From Candidatus Hydrothermarchaeales archaeon (GTDB taxonomy: Archaea > Hydrothermarchaeota > Hydrothermarchaeia > Hydrothermarchaeales > JAZGAD01): 64,000 bases of DNA. Below the pieces are notes generated by a model that saw only the letters and a list, made by a program, of their open reading frames with translations, did not search any database and had not been told where the DNA came from. The stretch covers positions 18,542 to 82,541 of the forward strand of contig JAZGAD010000048.1 in assembly GCA_036444275.1 (NCBI GenBank). The letters are read 5' to 3'. Shown piece by piece: positions 26,811 to 35,997 of this stretch; position 1 is the stretch's first letter; the number at the start of each line of letters is the position of its first letter. The translations under genes were made by a program, and so were the position numbers.

Positions 26811-27635
26811 TTAGTAGTCGACTCCGATTTTAGGCCTGGATTTTGGCTTGGGTTTCGACTCATCTCTAGGGAGACTCGCCAGCTCTGCCATCTTCAGTTT
26901 ATACGTGCGTGAAAGGCTCACAGCAAACGGCAGCAGTACTGTAGCCAGCACTACATGGAAGATATCTTGGAGTGCATGGGTCATGATGTACGCGGCAGCA
27001 AGCCTCTCGATGTCTACATACCTGCCAATCATGATGTCGATTGTTAGCAGGGAAACCAGGATGGAGACCAACGGTACGTGCACCGACAGGAAAGGATCGA
27101 CTATCTCGCGGGTTTTACGAAGCAGAATTGCAACAAGGATTACTGTTGGAATTGAAGTGAGATACAAAAAGGGGCCCTCGACCCGTACATCCCAAGGTGA
27201 CTCAGCCATACTTGCCATAATTATTATGAGGGTACTCGTAGCAGCGAGAGCTATCATACCTATCTCCGTCGATATCGCATCACTATCATCGCCTATTTGT
27301 TCGCTGCTGAATTCTTTAACCCCGAGATAGAGGAATATCAATGCAAGAGGAGCAGCGATCATATGCATGTAGTGGAAGAAGTCATGGATGAAGGGCTCAG
27401 CAGAGAAATGCTCGCCTGCCTCGCCCAAGCCTATGAGGCCAATGTAGAATATCGCCCACAACATCGCCTGCCATGAAAATTTTGTGTCCTTCAGCATGGT
27501 GTATATGATCACAATGGCTGCAATACTCGCTAAAAACAGGAAGGTCGCAGCATAGATATGGACATAGAGTTCCATCATGCCGTGGTGCCCAATCGTCTGA
27601 CCTATCAACATTCCAGCTTCATCAAAATAAACCAT
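26811..27635 (-). CDS. Polytopic membrane protein rich in intramembrane His, first gene of the mrp operon
   Basis: About 7 TM; VHIY, GEAGEHF, HDFFHYMHM and THALQDIFH; 21 bp upstream of mrpE. Confidence 0.75.
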   Translation of the reverse strand: MVYFDEAGMLIGQTIGHHGMMELYVHIYAATFLFLASIAAIVIIYTMLKDTKFSWQAMLWAIFYIGLIGLGEAGEHFSAEPFIHDFFHYMHMIAAPLALIFLYLGVKEFSSEQIGDDSDAISTEIGMIALAATSTLIIIMASMAESPWDVRVEGPFLYLTSIPTVILVAILLRKTREIVDPFLSVHVPLVSILVSLLTIDIMIGRYVDIERLAAAYIMTHALQDIFHVVLATVLLPFAVSLSRTYKLKMAELASLPRDESKPKPKSRPKIGVDY

Positions 27636-27773
27636 TCTCTTACCTCTCTATCCCAAGCATTTTTTACATATTTATATTTTTTGAATTATGTCGCAAAGCC
27701 GAAATTATAGATTACTGAATTATTGAAACCCAATCAAAGTAAGGTTTAAATCTCGTATTGCCTTAATAAGCGT

Positions 27774-29816
27774 ATGGTCTTCAGCATCTCGTGCGATAAC
27801 GGCACGCTGAAGATGTTCGATAAGGTGGAGAGGAAGGTCGTCCGGTTTGGGGTGGAAGGCTGGGAGTTTACTGATAAGAGCTATTGGTTCCGCTTCCCGG
27901 TGGATGAGACATTTTCAGGTAGGTGTAAGAAGGTAGAATATGATACCCATCTCACTTACATCCGAAGGAAGGAAGACTACGAGCTCCTAGTGCACGTGAG
28001 GAATGGTGTCAAGCGTTCGCTACCGAAGGATAAGTACATCATCGAGATTGATGCCCATTTCAAGATCTACCTCTATGTATACTCTACCATACGCGTGGAG
28101 TGTGACAAGGAGGCTAATGTATCCCTCTCCTTCGATCCTAAGGCCCAGTTAATTTTCGGGGTTAGGTCCTACCGCCGCCGCCCAGAAGCAACGATCAGGA
28201 CTACTAAGGATATCGAGGGCATCGCTAGGGCTATATCTCTGCTGTCATCCTCCATCAAAGTGGCTAGCCCAGAGAGAAGTTATCCCACACTACGGGGCCA
28301 CCCACCTCTTATTGAGTTTTCTGGCGAGCCTTCTACAGATATTGAGAAATTGGAGAGCGGGGTGGAGATCTTCTTGCCCATGAAGCTTGCCTATCTCTAC
28401 GTGGCTTCGCCACTAGCATATTACCTGCTAGCAGACATAAGGTTCGGGGAGCCCAGGATCACCTGTAACAATGGCTTCCAGTACCCACTATCCAAGTTAC
28501 CGAGGTTCGAGGACGAGGTCAACCAGACCCTTCAGAAGGTGTTCTTCTTAGACTGCCTGGTGAGGAATGCCGGACTGTACAAGCCAGATCTATACGAACT
28601 TAAAGCCTTGAAAGGACTAGATTTGGATATAAAGGAACTTTATTCCATGAGCATCCAGGAGCAACTACCCATATACATGGGCATCCCAATAGACAAGCTC
28701 AAGCCCTTTATGCCTACTTGGCACCTCGCCTCTTACGTTAACCCAGATATGGATAACGCTAAGGCCTTGCCATTCTTGCTTAACAACCTATCCACTATCT
28801 ATTTGGCTCGCTCTAGGAAGATTTCTCCAAGGGATGTGTCTAAGCTAAGCTTTAACGAACTCTTCAGAGGCAATGTGATAAGGGAGATAGAGGAGAAGAC
28901 TATAGCAAAACCGGTGCTGAAGGAAGCCCAGAGCCATCTATGGCTGGCTCCAGAGAAGCCTATAGACGTGGCCAAGATGAATCCCGATGCCGTTTATAAT
29001 CAACTTAACTTTGAACATGACAAAGGGAGGATAAGAGTTGCCTTAGTGCTGAACGACGAGGAGATGCTGCGGGAAAAAGACACGGTACAGAACATTTATG
29101 CTCAGCGAAAGGACATCCCTCTGGATGTTGAGATATTTGACTTCTTGCAAAAAGATGAATTGGCAGGTATCTTTGAGGAGGGATACGACCTAGTACACTA
29201 CATCGGGCACTGTGATGAAAGGGGGCTCCAATGCGCAGATGGCTTTCTCAAAATCAAGGAAATCCAAAAGAACAATACACCTGCCTTCTTCCTCAATGCT
29301 TGCAAAAGCTACGAGGAGGGAATGGACCTGGTTAGTAGTGGCTCTGTCGGCGGAGTTGTAACCCTCTACTACGTGCCCAATGAACAGGCTTTAAAAATTG
29401 GATACACCTTCTCCATATTGCTGACCCTTGGCTTCCCTATAGAAAAGGCGATCAGTTTATCAAAAATGGGGAGCTTGAGCGGTAGAGATTATCTGGTATT
29501 GGGAGATGGGAATTATTGCCTCATGCAAAATCCCCGACTAAATACCGTATTTTTATTCGAAATAAGCAGTACAAAACAGGGCAGATTCCGATTACTTGAA
29601 AAGAACTGTGGATACCAAATAGGCGGATATTTTTACTCTGATCTCGATAAGAAGTGCTACCTTTTTTATAACGAGGCTAAATCGGAACTCAGCCGCTCAG
29701 AACTCTTAAAGCTACTAGAAAAGACGAAGACCAGTGTTCCCGTTATATACGAGGACAAACTCTTTTTCTCTGAAGAAATTTCTGATATATTTAAAAATAA
29801 AAAGAAGGGAGGATGA
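27774..29816 (+). CDS. Caspase/CHAT-like (clan CD) protease-domain protein
   Basis: DLVHYIGH and FFLNAC match the CHAT His/Cys dyad pattern; SPERSYPTLRGHPP motif recalled from an uncharacterised haloarchaeal family. Confidence 0.75.
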   Translation: MVFSISCDNGTLKMFDKVERKVVRFGVEGWEFTDKSYWFRFPVDETFSGRCKKVEYDTHLTYIRRKEDYELLVHVRNGVKRSLPKDKYIIEIDAHFKIYLYVYSTIRVECDKEANVSLSFDPKAQLIFGVRSYRRRPEATIRTTKDIEGIARAISLLSSSIKVASPERSYPTLRGHPPLIEFSGEPSTDIEKLESGVEIFLPMKLAYLYVASPLAYYLLADIRFGEPRITCNNGFQYPLSKLPRFEDEVNQTLQKVFFLDCLVRNAGLYKPDLYELKALKGLDLDIKELYSMSIQEQLPIYMGIPIDKLKPFMPTWHLASYVNPDMDNAKALPFLLNNLSTIYLARSRKISPRDVSKLSFNELFRGNVIREIEEKTIAKPVLKEAQSHLWLAPEKPIDVAKMNPDAVYNQLNFEHDKGRIRVALVLNDEEMLREKDTVQNIYAQRKDIPLDVEIFDFLQKDELAGIFEEGYDLVHYIGHCDERGLQCADGFLKIKEIQKNNTPAFFLNACKSYEEGMDLVSSGSVGGVVTLYYVPNEQALKIGYTFSILLTLGFPIEKAISLSKMGSLSGRDYLVLGDGNYCLMQNPRLNTVFLFEISSTKQGRFRLLEKNCGYQIGGYFYSDLDKKCYLFYNEAKSELSRSELLKLLEKTKTSVPVIYEDKLFFSEEISDIFKNKKKGG

Positions 29817-29825
29817 CTCCCCCCT

Positions 29826-29945
29826 CTAAGGCCCATAGCTACCGCCGCCAGCAGCTACGATGCCGCTGAGTACCGTCAGAGTTGTAACTATTACAACTGG
29901 CAACATCGGCCTTGACAGGACAAAATCCGAAATTTTTTGCCTCAT
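29826..29945 (-). CDS. 39-aa signal-peptide-like precursor MRQKISDFVLSRPMLPVVIVTTLTVLSGIVAAGGGSYGP
   Basis: Perfect AGGAGGTGA RBS 5 nt before the ATG, TATA-like TTTAAAATA upstream, TAG stop; convergent with the protease gene. Confidence 0.85.
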   Translation of the reverse strand: MRQKISDFVLSRPMLPVVIVTTLTVLSGIVAAGGGSYGP

Positions 29946-30139
29946 GCTTCTCACCTCCTTTGCGTTTGAGGTGAGGTAGGGAAGCCCTACTATTTTAAAT
30001 TCGGGAAATCCGTAAAAAATTATAACCCTCTATAAAATCAAAATATTACTTAAAAACTAGCTAAACCTTGAATGAGCGTATATTAGAATGTATATTTAAA
30101 TAATAATGAGATATTATGCCCCCAAAGAATATTACGTCC

Positions 30140-30325
30140 CTAACTTGCCCTCTGTTGATAACTTCTGAGCATATCGTCGATGGTATTTGCTACCTCTTTG
30201 AAGTCGAGTTCCTTGCTTAAATGCTCGTCGGCTTTTGCATACTCAAAACTCCTCTTCTTATCCTCTGGATCAGACCTCACGGGAAAAATTCTTGAAAGAT
30301 TAAAATAAGGGCACCCCTCCCCCAT
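30140..30325 (-). CDS. Small hypothetical protein
   Basis: 61-aa charged helical ORF between the peptide gene and the regulator; start uncertain. Confidence 0.4.
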   Translation of the reverse strand: MGEGCPYFNLSRIFPVRSDPEDKKRSFEYAKADEHLSKELDFKEVANTIDDMLRSYQQRAS

Positions 30326-30465
30326 CGGAAGGGTTCCCCCCTATCCGGAGGGTCCATAACCCCCTTATCCTCATCCTTTATTATATTTTGGTAATCCGGA
30401 AAAAACTCAAAATAGCTTAAAAATTGATAAAAAGCTTTATATGCGATTAAAACATAATTTGAGAT

Positions 30466-30846
30466 ATGGGTATCGAAGAAACTGTGCGATCAATAAAAGG
30501 GCGCTTCAAAGAGGATACTATAGTGGATTTTGTGCAATTGACTAAACTATTTGGAGAGCCTAGGTACCAGTTGCTCATAAAGAAGGCCCTGGATCTAGAG
30601 TCACGGATCTTGATTTCAGCAGCAAAGAATAGAGAGCTCTACCAGGACGTGATGAACTGGGCCGATAAAAAGGGGAAAGTAAAGAAATCAACCTTATCTG
30701 ACCGAAAGCACTACCTCGTTGAACTCGGCCTTATCTCTGAAGAAGCTGAAAAGAAAGATGGAGGGAGGGGACGCCCCAGGAAGCGCCTCTGCATGACCGA
30801 GGGGAATAGACAGCGGTTTGAAGAGTTATTCGGCGAACCTCTTTGA
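30466..30846 (+). CDS. TbsP-like winged-HTH transcription regulator (C-terminal domain only)
   Basis: LISAAKNRELYQDVMNWA..KSTLSDRK..L.ELGLI..E..GRPRKRL resembles the haloarchaeal TbsP/DUF5821 C-terminal HTH; TTTATAT TATA upstream. Confidence 0.7.
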   Translation: MGIEETVRSIKGRFKEDTIVDFVQLTKLFGEPRYQLLIKKALDLESRILISAAKNRELYQDVMNWADKKGKVKKSTLSDRKHYLVELGLISEEAEKKDGGRGRPRKRLCMTEGNRQRFEELFGEPL

Positions 30847-30869
30847 ATGCTGGATTATAGTAACGAAGA

Positions 30870-30944
30870 TGCCCCGGTCGGGATTCGAACCCGAGTCACA
30901 GCCTCGAAAGGGCCGCATGATTGGCCGAGCTACACTACCGGGGC
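30870..30944 (-). tRNA. tRNA-Glu(TTC)
   Basis: Reverse strand GCCCCGG...CGGCC-CT-TTC-GA-GGCTG...GGTTCGAATCC...CCGGGGCA cloverleaf. Confidence 0.96.
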
Positions 30945-31088
30945 TTCAACTATTATAATTGAAGGCGTTTTATTTATTTTTGGGCTTCCCTGGAGTTATC
31001 TGAGCTGACAAAAAAAAGGCAAATGCCTTCCTATCGTCTATAATCCTATCTATCTACCATCTAAAGTCTATCGTATGTTAGTAGAATG

Positions 31089-31161
31089 TGCAGCCGCCGG
31101 GATTTGAACCCGAGTTGGGAGCTTGGAAGGCTCCAGTCCTAGCCAGCTAGACCACGGCTGC
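31089..31161 (-). tRNA. tRNA-Gly(TCC)
   Basis: Reverse strand GCAGCCG...GGAGC-CT-TCC-AA-GCTCC...GGTTCAAATCC...CGGCTGCA. Confidence 0.96.
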
Positions 31162-31180
31162 GCTCTACACAGATAGATTA

Positions 31181-32407
31181 TTAGCTAGACCTCTGTTTGA
31201 CTAATTCTTCAGCCAACATAGGTAAAAAGGCACCCACATCAGTCACTATACCTAAGGCTTGAGCTGTGCCTCTATCCGTCAGCTTTGTAACCGTGGCAGG
31301 ATTTATATCCACGCATATGGTCTTCACATGGGAGGGTAGAATGTTTCCCACAGCTATGGAATGGAGCATAGTGGAGAACATGAGTGTAAGTTCCACGTCC
31401 TTCAAATTCCTCCGCATTTCCCTCTGGGCTTCAACAACATCGGTTATCACCTCAGGCAAAGGTCCATCATCGCGAATGGAGCCAGCTAGGACGAAAGGAA
31501 TCCCCTTCTGAATACACTCGTACATAACGCCACCTTTCAATTTTCCATCTTGGATAAGGTTCTTTATTGAGCCTGCCCGCATAATCTCGTTTATAGCATA
31601 CAGATGATTCCTGTGTCCCCTTTCAGTGGGTCTACCTGTCTCTATATTGAGCCCAAGCGATGTGCCATAGAGCTGACTCTCCACATCATGCACTGCTAGG
31701 GCGTTGCCAGCGAAGAGGACATCCACAAAGCCCTTCCGTACCATGGTTGCTAGCGCCTCTGAAGCACCGGTATGCACTACTGCGGGCCCAGAGACCACAA
31801 GGACCTTCTTCCCCCTATTTTTAACCCCATAGACTTCCTTGGCAATCTGGCTAACAAGGGACTGCGTAGGCTTCTCAGAGGAAACAGAACTGCGCATGAA
31901 CTCGAAGACTGTGTAGCCGCGGGGCCTAGCCGGCGGCTCTATCCTGATTCCCTTGCTACCAACTACAACGAGATCCCCCTTTTTAATGTCACTTATGGGC
32001 TTGCACCTGGCCTCTCCTTTCTCCCTGTTGACCGCTATTACCTTATCCATCTCCATGTTACGAACCTGAGCCCAGTTCCCATCTAAGTAAACGTAAGTTG
32101 GATGATTCGTAGTTGAATAGAAATTCTGAGGCAGCGCCCTATCCTTTGGAGCCCCCAGTAACTCCAATGCCTCTACTTCAGGTATAGTAGCTCCAAGCTT
32201 ATGAAGATCCCCCAAAATCTCGTCCAAATGCTCTCTATTCTTCCCTTTAACCAATATCCGAGTATATGAGTGCTCGTCTTTCTTCTTCCCTATTTCAAAC
32301 TGAAGCACCTCAAACTCGCCACCTAGGTCCATGATAGTATCGAAGACCTTGGGCAGGACAAAGGAGTCTATGATATGCCCCCTCAACTCTACCTCTTTGA
32401 CTTCCAT
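31181..32407 (-). CDS. TIGR00300/LOR-SDH family protein (archaeal ornithine cyclodeaminase type)
   Basis: LRGHIIDS, FYSTTNH, VSSEKP, GNALAVHD, LAGSIRDDGPLP and CVDINP motifs. Confidence 0.9.
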   Translation of the reverse strand: MEVKEVELRGHIIDSFVLPKVFDTIMDLGGEFEVLQFEIGKKKDEHSYTRILVKGKNREHLDEILGDLHKLGATIPEVEALELLGAPKDRALPQNFYSTTNHPTYVYLDGNWAQVRNMEMDKVIAVNREKGEARCKPISDIKKGDLVVVGSKGIRIEPPARPRGYTVFEFMRSSVSSEKPTQSLVSQIAKEVYGVKNRGKKVLVVSGPAVVHTGASEALATMVRKGFVDVLFAGNALAVHDVESQLYGTSLGLNIETGRPTERGHRNHLYAINEIMRAGSIKNLIQDGKLKGGVMYECIQKGIPFVLAGSIRDDGPLPEVITDVVEAQREMRRNLKDVELTLMFSTMLHSIAVGNILPSHVKTICVDINPATVTKLTDRGTAQALGIVTDVGAFLPMLAEELVKQRSS

Positions 32408-32555
32408 GGTATCGTCTTAATGGACTAATAAATATAAATCTATGGAATTTGAAAATTCATTCCTAGCTACTTTCCTCTGAATCTCTTCTCTCTGCCCTCA
32501 ACTTTAAGTCACTGCCTTACGCATTAGTGGTAGAACCATCATAAGAGGCTGGAAG

Positions 32556-32978
32556 ATGCCTGTAGAGATATCAGCTGGAGCAATAGTATTCAGACGTCAG
32601 GAAAAGAAAATAAATTATCTACTTTTGCACTATGAGTCAGGCCACTGGGATTTCGCTAAGGGCAATGTCGAGAGGGGGGAGGAAGCAAAGGAAACTGTGC
32701 TCAGAGAGATAGAAGAGGAGACTGGTATAAAGGACGCTAGGTTCATCGAAGGTTTCAAGGAGGAGATAAGCTACTTTTATAAGAGGGCGGGAAAGACCAT
32801 TTACAAGAAGGTAATCTTCTTTCTTGCGGAGACTCTGACCGAGAGGGTCGAGTTATCATATGAGCATATTGACTATGGCTGGCTTGGCTACGAGGAGGCA
32901 TTAGAAAGATTGACTTATAAGAATGCGAAAGAAGTGCTGAAGAAGGCTGACGCTTTTCTAAGCTCGCACCCTGCTTAG
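32556..32978 (+). CDS. NUDIX hydrolase, Ap4A hydrolase-like
   Basis: GHWDFAKG..E.GE.....LREIEEETG Nudix box; LSYEH. Confidence 0.9.
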   Translation: MPVEISAGAIVFRRQEKKINYLLLHYESGHWDFAKGNVERGEEAKETVLREIEEETGIKDARFIEGFKEEISYFYKRAGKTIYKKVIFFLAETLTERVELSYEHIDYGWLGYEEALERLTYKNAKEVLKKADAFLSSHPA

Positions 32979-33847
32979 CCTATCATCGTGCCTATTCCCT
33001 CATCAGTGAATAGCTCCAGTAAAATAGCATGCTTCGCCCTTCCATCCAGGATATGTGCCTTTCCCACGCCCCTCTGGACAGCATCAGCGCACGCCCTCAC
33101 TTTAGGCATCATGGAGCCCTTAATTATCCCTTTCCCTAATAGCTCCTCTACTTGACTGATCTTCAGCCCCCGTATGAGGGTATCCTTTTTCTCTAGGTCT
33201 TCCATCACACCTGGTACGTCTGTTAAGATGATGAGCTTCTTTGCTCCTAAAGCTACCGCTATCTCTCCTGCGACTGTATCTGCATTGAGGTTCAAACTAG
33301 TTCCGTCTTTACCCCATCCTATGGAGGATATAACCGGGATATAACCCTGAGAGGTTAGTATCTCTATGATCCCTGGATTTACCTCCGATACCTCTCCTAC
33401 TAGACCTAAATCTACTTCCTTCTCCACCCCACCGCTTACTACCTTCTGCAGAGGCTTCTTCACAGCAACTATAAGCCTGCCGTCTTTACCTGAGAGGCCG
33501 ACTGCATTGCAGCCGAGGGCGTTTATCATGGAGACTATATCTGTATTTATCTTCCCTACCAAGACCATCTTAGCGATATCTAGGGTCTCCTCATCGGTTA
33601 TCCTCAAGCCCTCTATGAACTCGGGCTTCTTACCCATTTTCTCCATAGCCTTAGTGATCTCAGGCCCGCCGCCGTGCACGATAACAGGCTTCATGCCTAT
33701 ATAACGGAGCAGGATAGTATCTTTCACCGTCCACCGCTTAGCCTCCTCGTCCAGCATAGCATGCCCGCCATACTTTATCACCACGTAGGCGCCCTGGAAC
33801 TCCTCTATGTAGGGTAGTGCCTCAGCTAAAACCTCAGCTCGATTCAT
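32975..33847 (-). CDS. argB: Acetylglutamate kinase
   Basis: EALPYI, VIKYGGHAM, VHGGGPEI, NLNAD and ELFTDEGIGTM motifs. Confidence 0.97.
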   Translation of the reverse strand: MNRAEVLAEALPYIEEFQGAYVVIKYGGHAMLDEEAKRWTVKDTILLRYIGMKPVIVHGGGPEITKAMEKMGKKPEFIEGLRITDEETLDIAKMVLVGKINTDIVSMINALGCNAVGLSGKDGRLIVAVKKPLQKVVSGGVEKEVDLGLVGEVSEVNPGIIEILTSQGYIPVISSIGWGKDGTSLNLNADTVAGEIAVALGAKKLIILTDVPGVMEDLEKKDTLIRGLKISQVEELLGKGIIKGSMMPKVRACADAVQRGVGKAHILDGRAKHAILLELFTDEGIGTMIG

Positions 33848-33909
33848 ACTACCAAATCTCCATGTTGCATTTAAAAGGCTTTCGAGTTCAATCCTGGTAA
33901 TTACAATAA

Positions 33910-35106
33910 CTAAGTAGAGTATTCAGCATTTATCCTCACGTATTCAGGACTTAAGTCGCAGCCGTATGCAGTGGCTGTTTCCATGCCAGAATGAAGGTCC
34001 ACTACAACCTTGATCTCCTTAGCCTTCATAATATCCTTAGCCTTTTTCAATTCAATTTCCCCTCCAGCCGTGGCCTTGCCTTTGTCTATGAGGTTTATCC
34101 TGCCATTCTCTGACTCAAAGTGCAGGCTTATTTCCTCTGGGTCGAAGTCTGCTCCAGAGTATCCGATAGCTGCTATTATCCGCCCCCAGTTTGGGTCCTC
34201 CCCAAAGAAGGCTGTCTTCACAAGGTTAGAACTAGCGATCGCCTTGGCCGCTTTAACTGCATCCTCTTTTCTTCCAGCATTTCTCACCTCTATCTCTAAG
34301 AACTTGGTAGCGCCTTCTCCATCCTTTGCCATAAGCCTTGCCAACTCCCTTGTTACGAAGTTCAAAGCCTCTTGAAAGTTCTCGTCTATCTCTCTATTAC
34401 CAGCTCTGCCGTTTGCAAGAAGAATGGCCATATCGTTGGTACTTGTATCACCGTCGATGACAGTCATGTTGAAACTCTGCTTCACTGCTTCACCGAACAC
34501 CTCGTCTATTCTATCTCCGGGGATTGCGGCATTAGTGGTAACGAAACAGAGCATGGTGGCATGTTTCAAATCGGGAGCGATCATACCCGCACCCTTTGCT
34601 ATGCCCCCTATTTCAACCTCTTCCCCTGTACTAAGTTTTGTTTTAACAGAGACCATCTTTGGAGATTTATCAGTAGTCATTAGAGCCCTAGCAGCTGCGA
34701 GGGATGCTTCTTTCGTAGAGTTTAAATCAACCGCTACTATCCCCTGCGCTATAGCATCCATGTCCAGCCTTCTCCCAATTATCCCTGTGGAAGCAGTCAA
34801 TAAACTCGCAGGCTTAAGTCCAAGCTTCGTTGCCGCAAGCTCACACATCCTTTGTGCGTCTCTGATTCCTACCTCGCCAGTGTAGGCATTGGCATTTCCA
34901 GAGCTAGCTACGATTGCACGTATGTCGCCATTCTCAAAATGCTCTTTAGAGACTGTAAGAGGGGCAGCTTTCACCCTATTCGAAGTAACCATGAGCGAAC
35001 AATTGGCCTTATCCTCGCTTAGTACTAGTGCAACTCCATAGCTCCCTTCTCTCGAGCCGCCTGCTCTAAAGCCGGGACAGCATACACCTTTTTCTGTGAG
35101 TTTCAT
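33910..35106 (-). CDS. argJ: Ornithine acetyltransferase
   Basis: GNANAYTG, ASTGIIG, MTTD, KGAGMIAP, DGDTSTND, DGEGATK and DPNWGRI motifs. Confidence 0.97.
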   Translation of the reverse strand: MKLTEKGVCCPGFRAGGSREGSYGVALVLSEDKANCSLMVTSNRVKAAPLTVSKEHFENGDIRAIVASSGNANAYTGEVGIRDAQRMCELAATKLGLKPASLLTASTGIIGRRLDMDAIAQGIVAVDLNSTKEASLAAARALMTTDKSPKMVSVKTKLSTGEEVEIGGIAKGAGMIAPDLKHATMLCFVTTNAAIPGDRIDEVFGEAVKQSFNMTVIDGDTSTNDMAILLANGRAGNREIDENFQEALNFVTRELARLMAKDGEGATKFLEIEVRNAGRKEDAVKAAKAIASSNLVKTAFFGEDPNWGRIIAAIGYSGADFDPEEISLHFESENGRINLIDKGKATAGGEIELKKAKDIMKAKEIKVVVDLHSGMETATAYGCDLSPEYVRINAEYST

Positions 35107-35241
35107 AACCTAACCTTTTATAACCCTCTTAGAAAAGGCTTTTGATTCACTTCTCGCAGAGCCCCCCCCCCCAAAGATTAGAGCCATACAAATACAAATC
35201 GAAAAAATTAATATAATCGTTAACTATAGAAGCTTTACCTG

Positions 35242-35496
35242 ATGATAATCGAATACATACAAGCCGCTCTAGAAAAAGCGAAGTACGAAATGATTGAGGA
35301 TGAAGAGCCATTTTATGGAGAAGTGCCTGGATTGGAGGGTGTCTGGGCTACGGGGAAAACCCTCGAAGACTGCCGAAAGAACCTTGGAGAAGTAATCGAA
35401 GGGTGGATAATCATCCGATTAAGAAAAGGCCTACCAATCCCAGTAATCAGTCGTCACAAGATAGAGGTGCCAGAGGAGCTGGCTGCAGTTGACTAA
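35242..35496 (+). CDS. hicB: HicB family antitoxin
   Basis: YGEVPGLEGVWATGKTLEDC..NL.EVIEGW motif. Confidence 0.9.
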   Translation: MIIEYIQAALEKAKYEMIEDEEPFYGEVPGLEGVWATGKTLEDCRKNLGEVIEGWIIIRLRKGLPIPVISRHKIEVPEELAAVD

Positions 35497-35710
35497 ACTC
35501 AAACCAGTTGCTTGGAAGGAGCTGGTCAAACGCTTAAAAGAACTGGGTTTTGAAGGTCCATATCAAGGAGGAAGACATCCTTTCATGGTGAAAGGGAACC
35601 TTGTCTTAACCATTCCTAATCCCCATAAAAAACCTATTGGCACTGATCTTCTCTCAAGGATTTTAAAACAGGGCAGAATCAGTAGGAAGGAATGGCTGAG
35701 AGAGAAGTGA
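35489..35710 (+). CDS. hicA: HicA family toxin
   Basis: LGFEGPYQGGRHPFM and TIPNPH motifs; overlaps hicB. Confidence 0.9.
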   Translation: MTKLKPVAWKELVKRLKELGFEGPYQGGRHPFMVKGNLVLTIPNPHKKPIGTDLLSRILKQGRISRKEWLREK

Positions 35711-35997
35711 CCTTGCTTTCATAATCGCATATCTCTCAGTAGAAATTAGAAAATATACTCTAACCCCGCTCTAACCCTCAATGATTGGACACCCACATTA
35801 GAAAGAGACTTTATGATTATGAACTTATTTGGACTGTTCTTGAAATGATGCGAAAGATGGAAGGGTTTATATGGAAGACTTTACGAATGAACGCCGAAAA
35901 ATAAGACTCTGGACTCTATAGGACTATTTCAACTTGATTATAGATTACAGTAGTTACAGTAGTAAATAGAATAAAAGTAAGCGGTAGTGAATAGATT

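Noticed and set aside
27774-30944. Integrated element at the tRNA-Glu 3' end
   Set aside because: No integrase and no duplicated tRNA 3' end (att site) found by eye.
35162-35172. Poly-C(11) tract as a phase-variation switch
   Set aside because: Intergenic and not clearly within a promoter spacer; no evidence of length variation available.
35780-35900. Possible HEPN/DUF86 toxin remnant (YDYELIWTV)
   Set aside because: Match too short to support.
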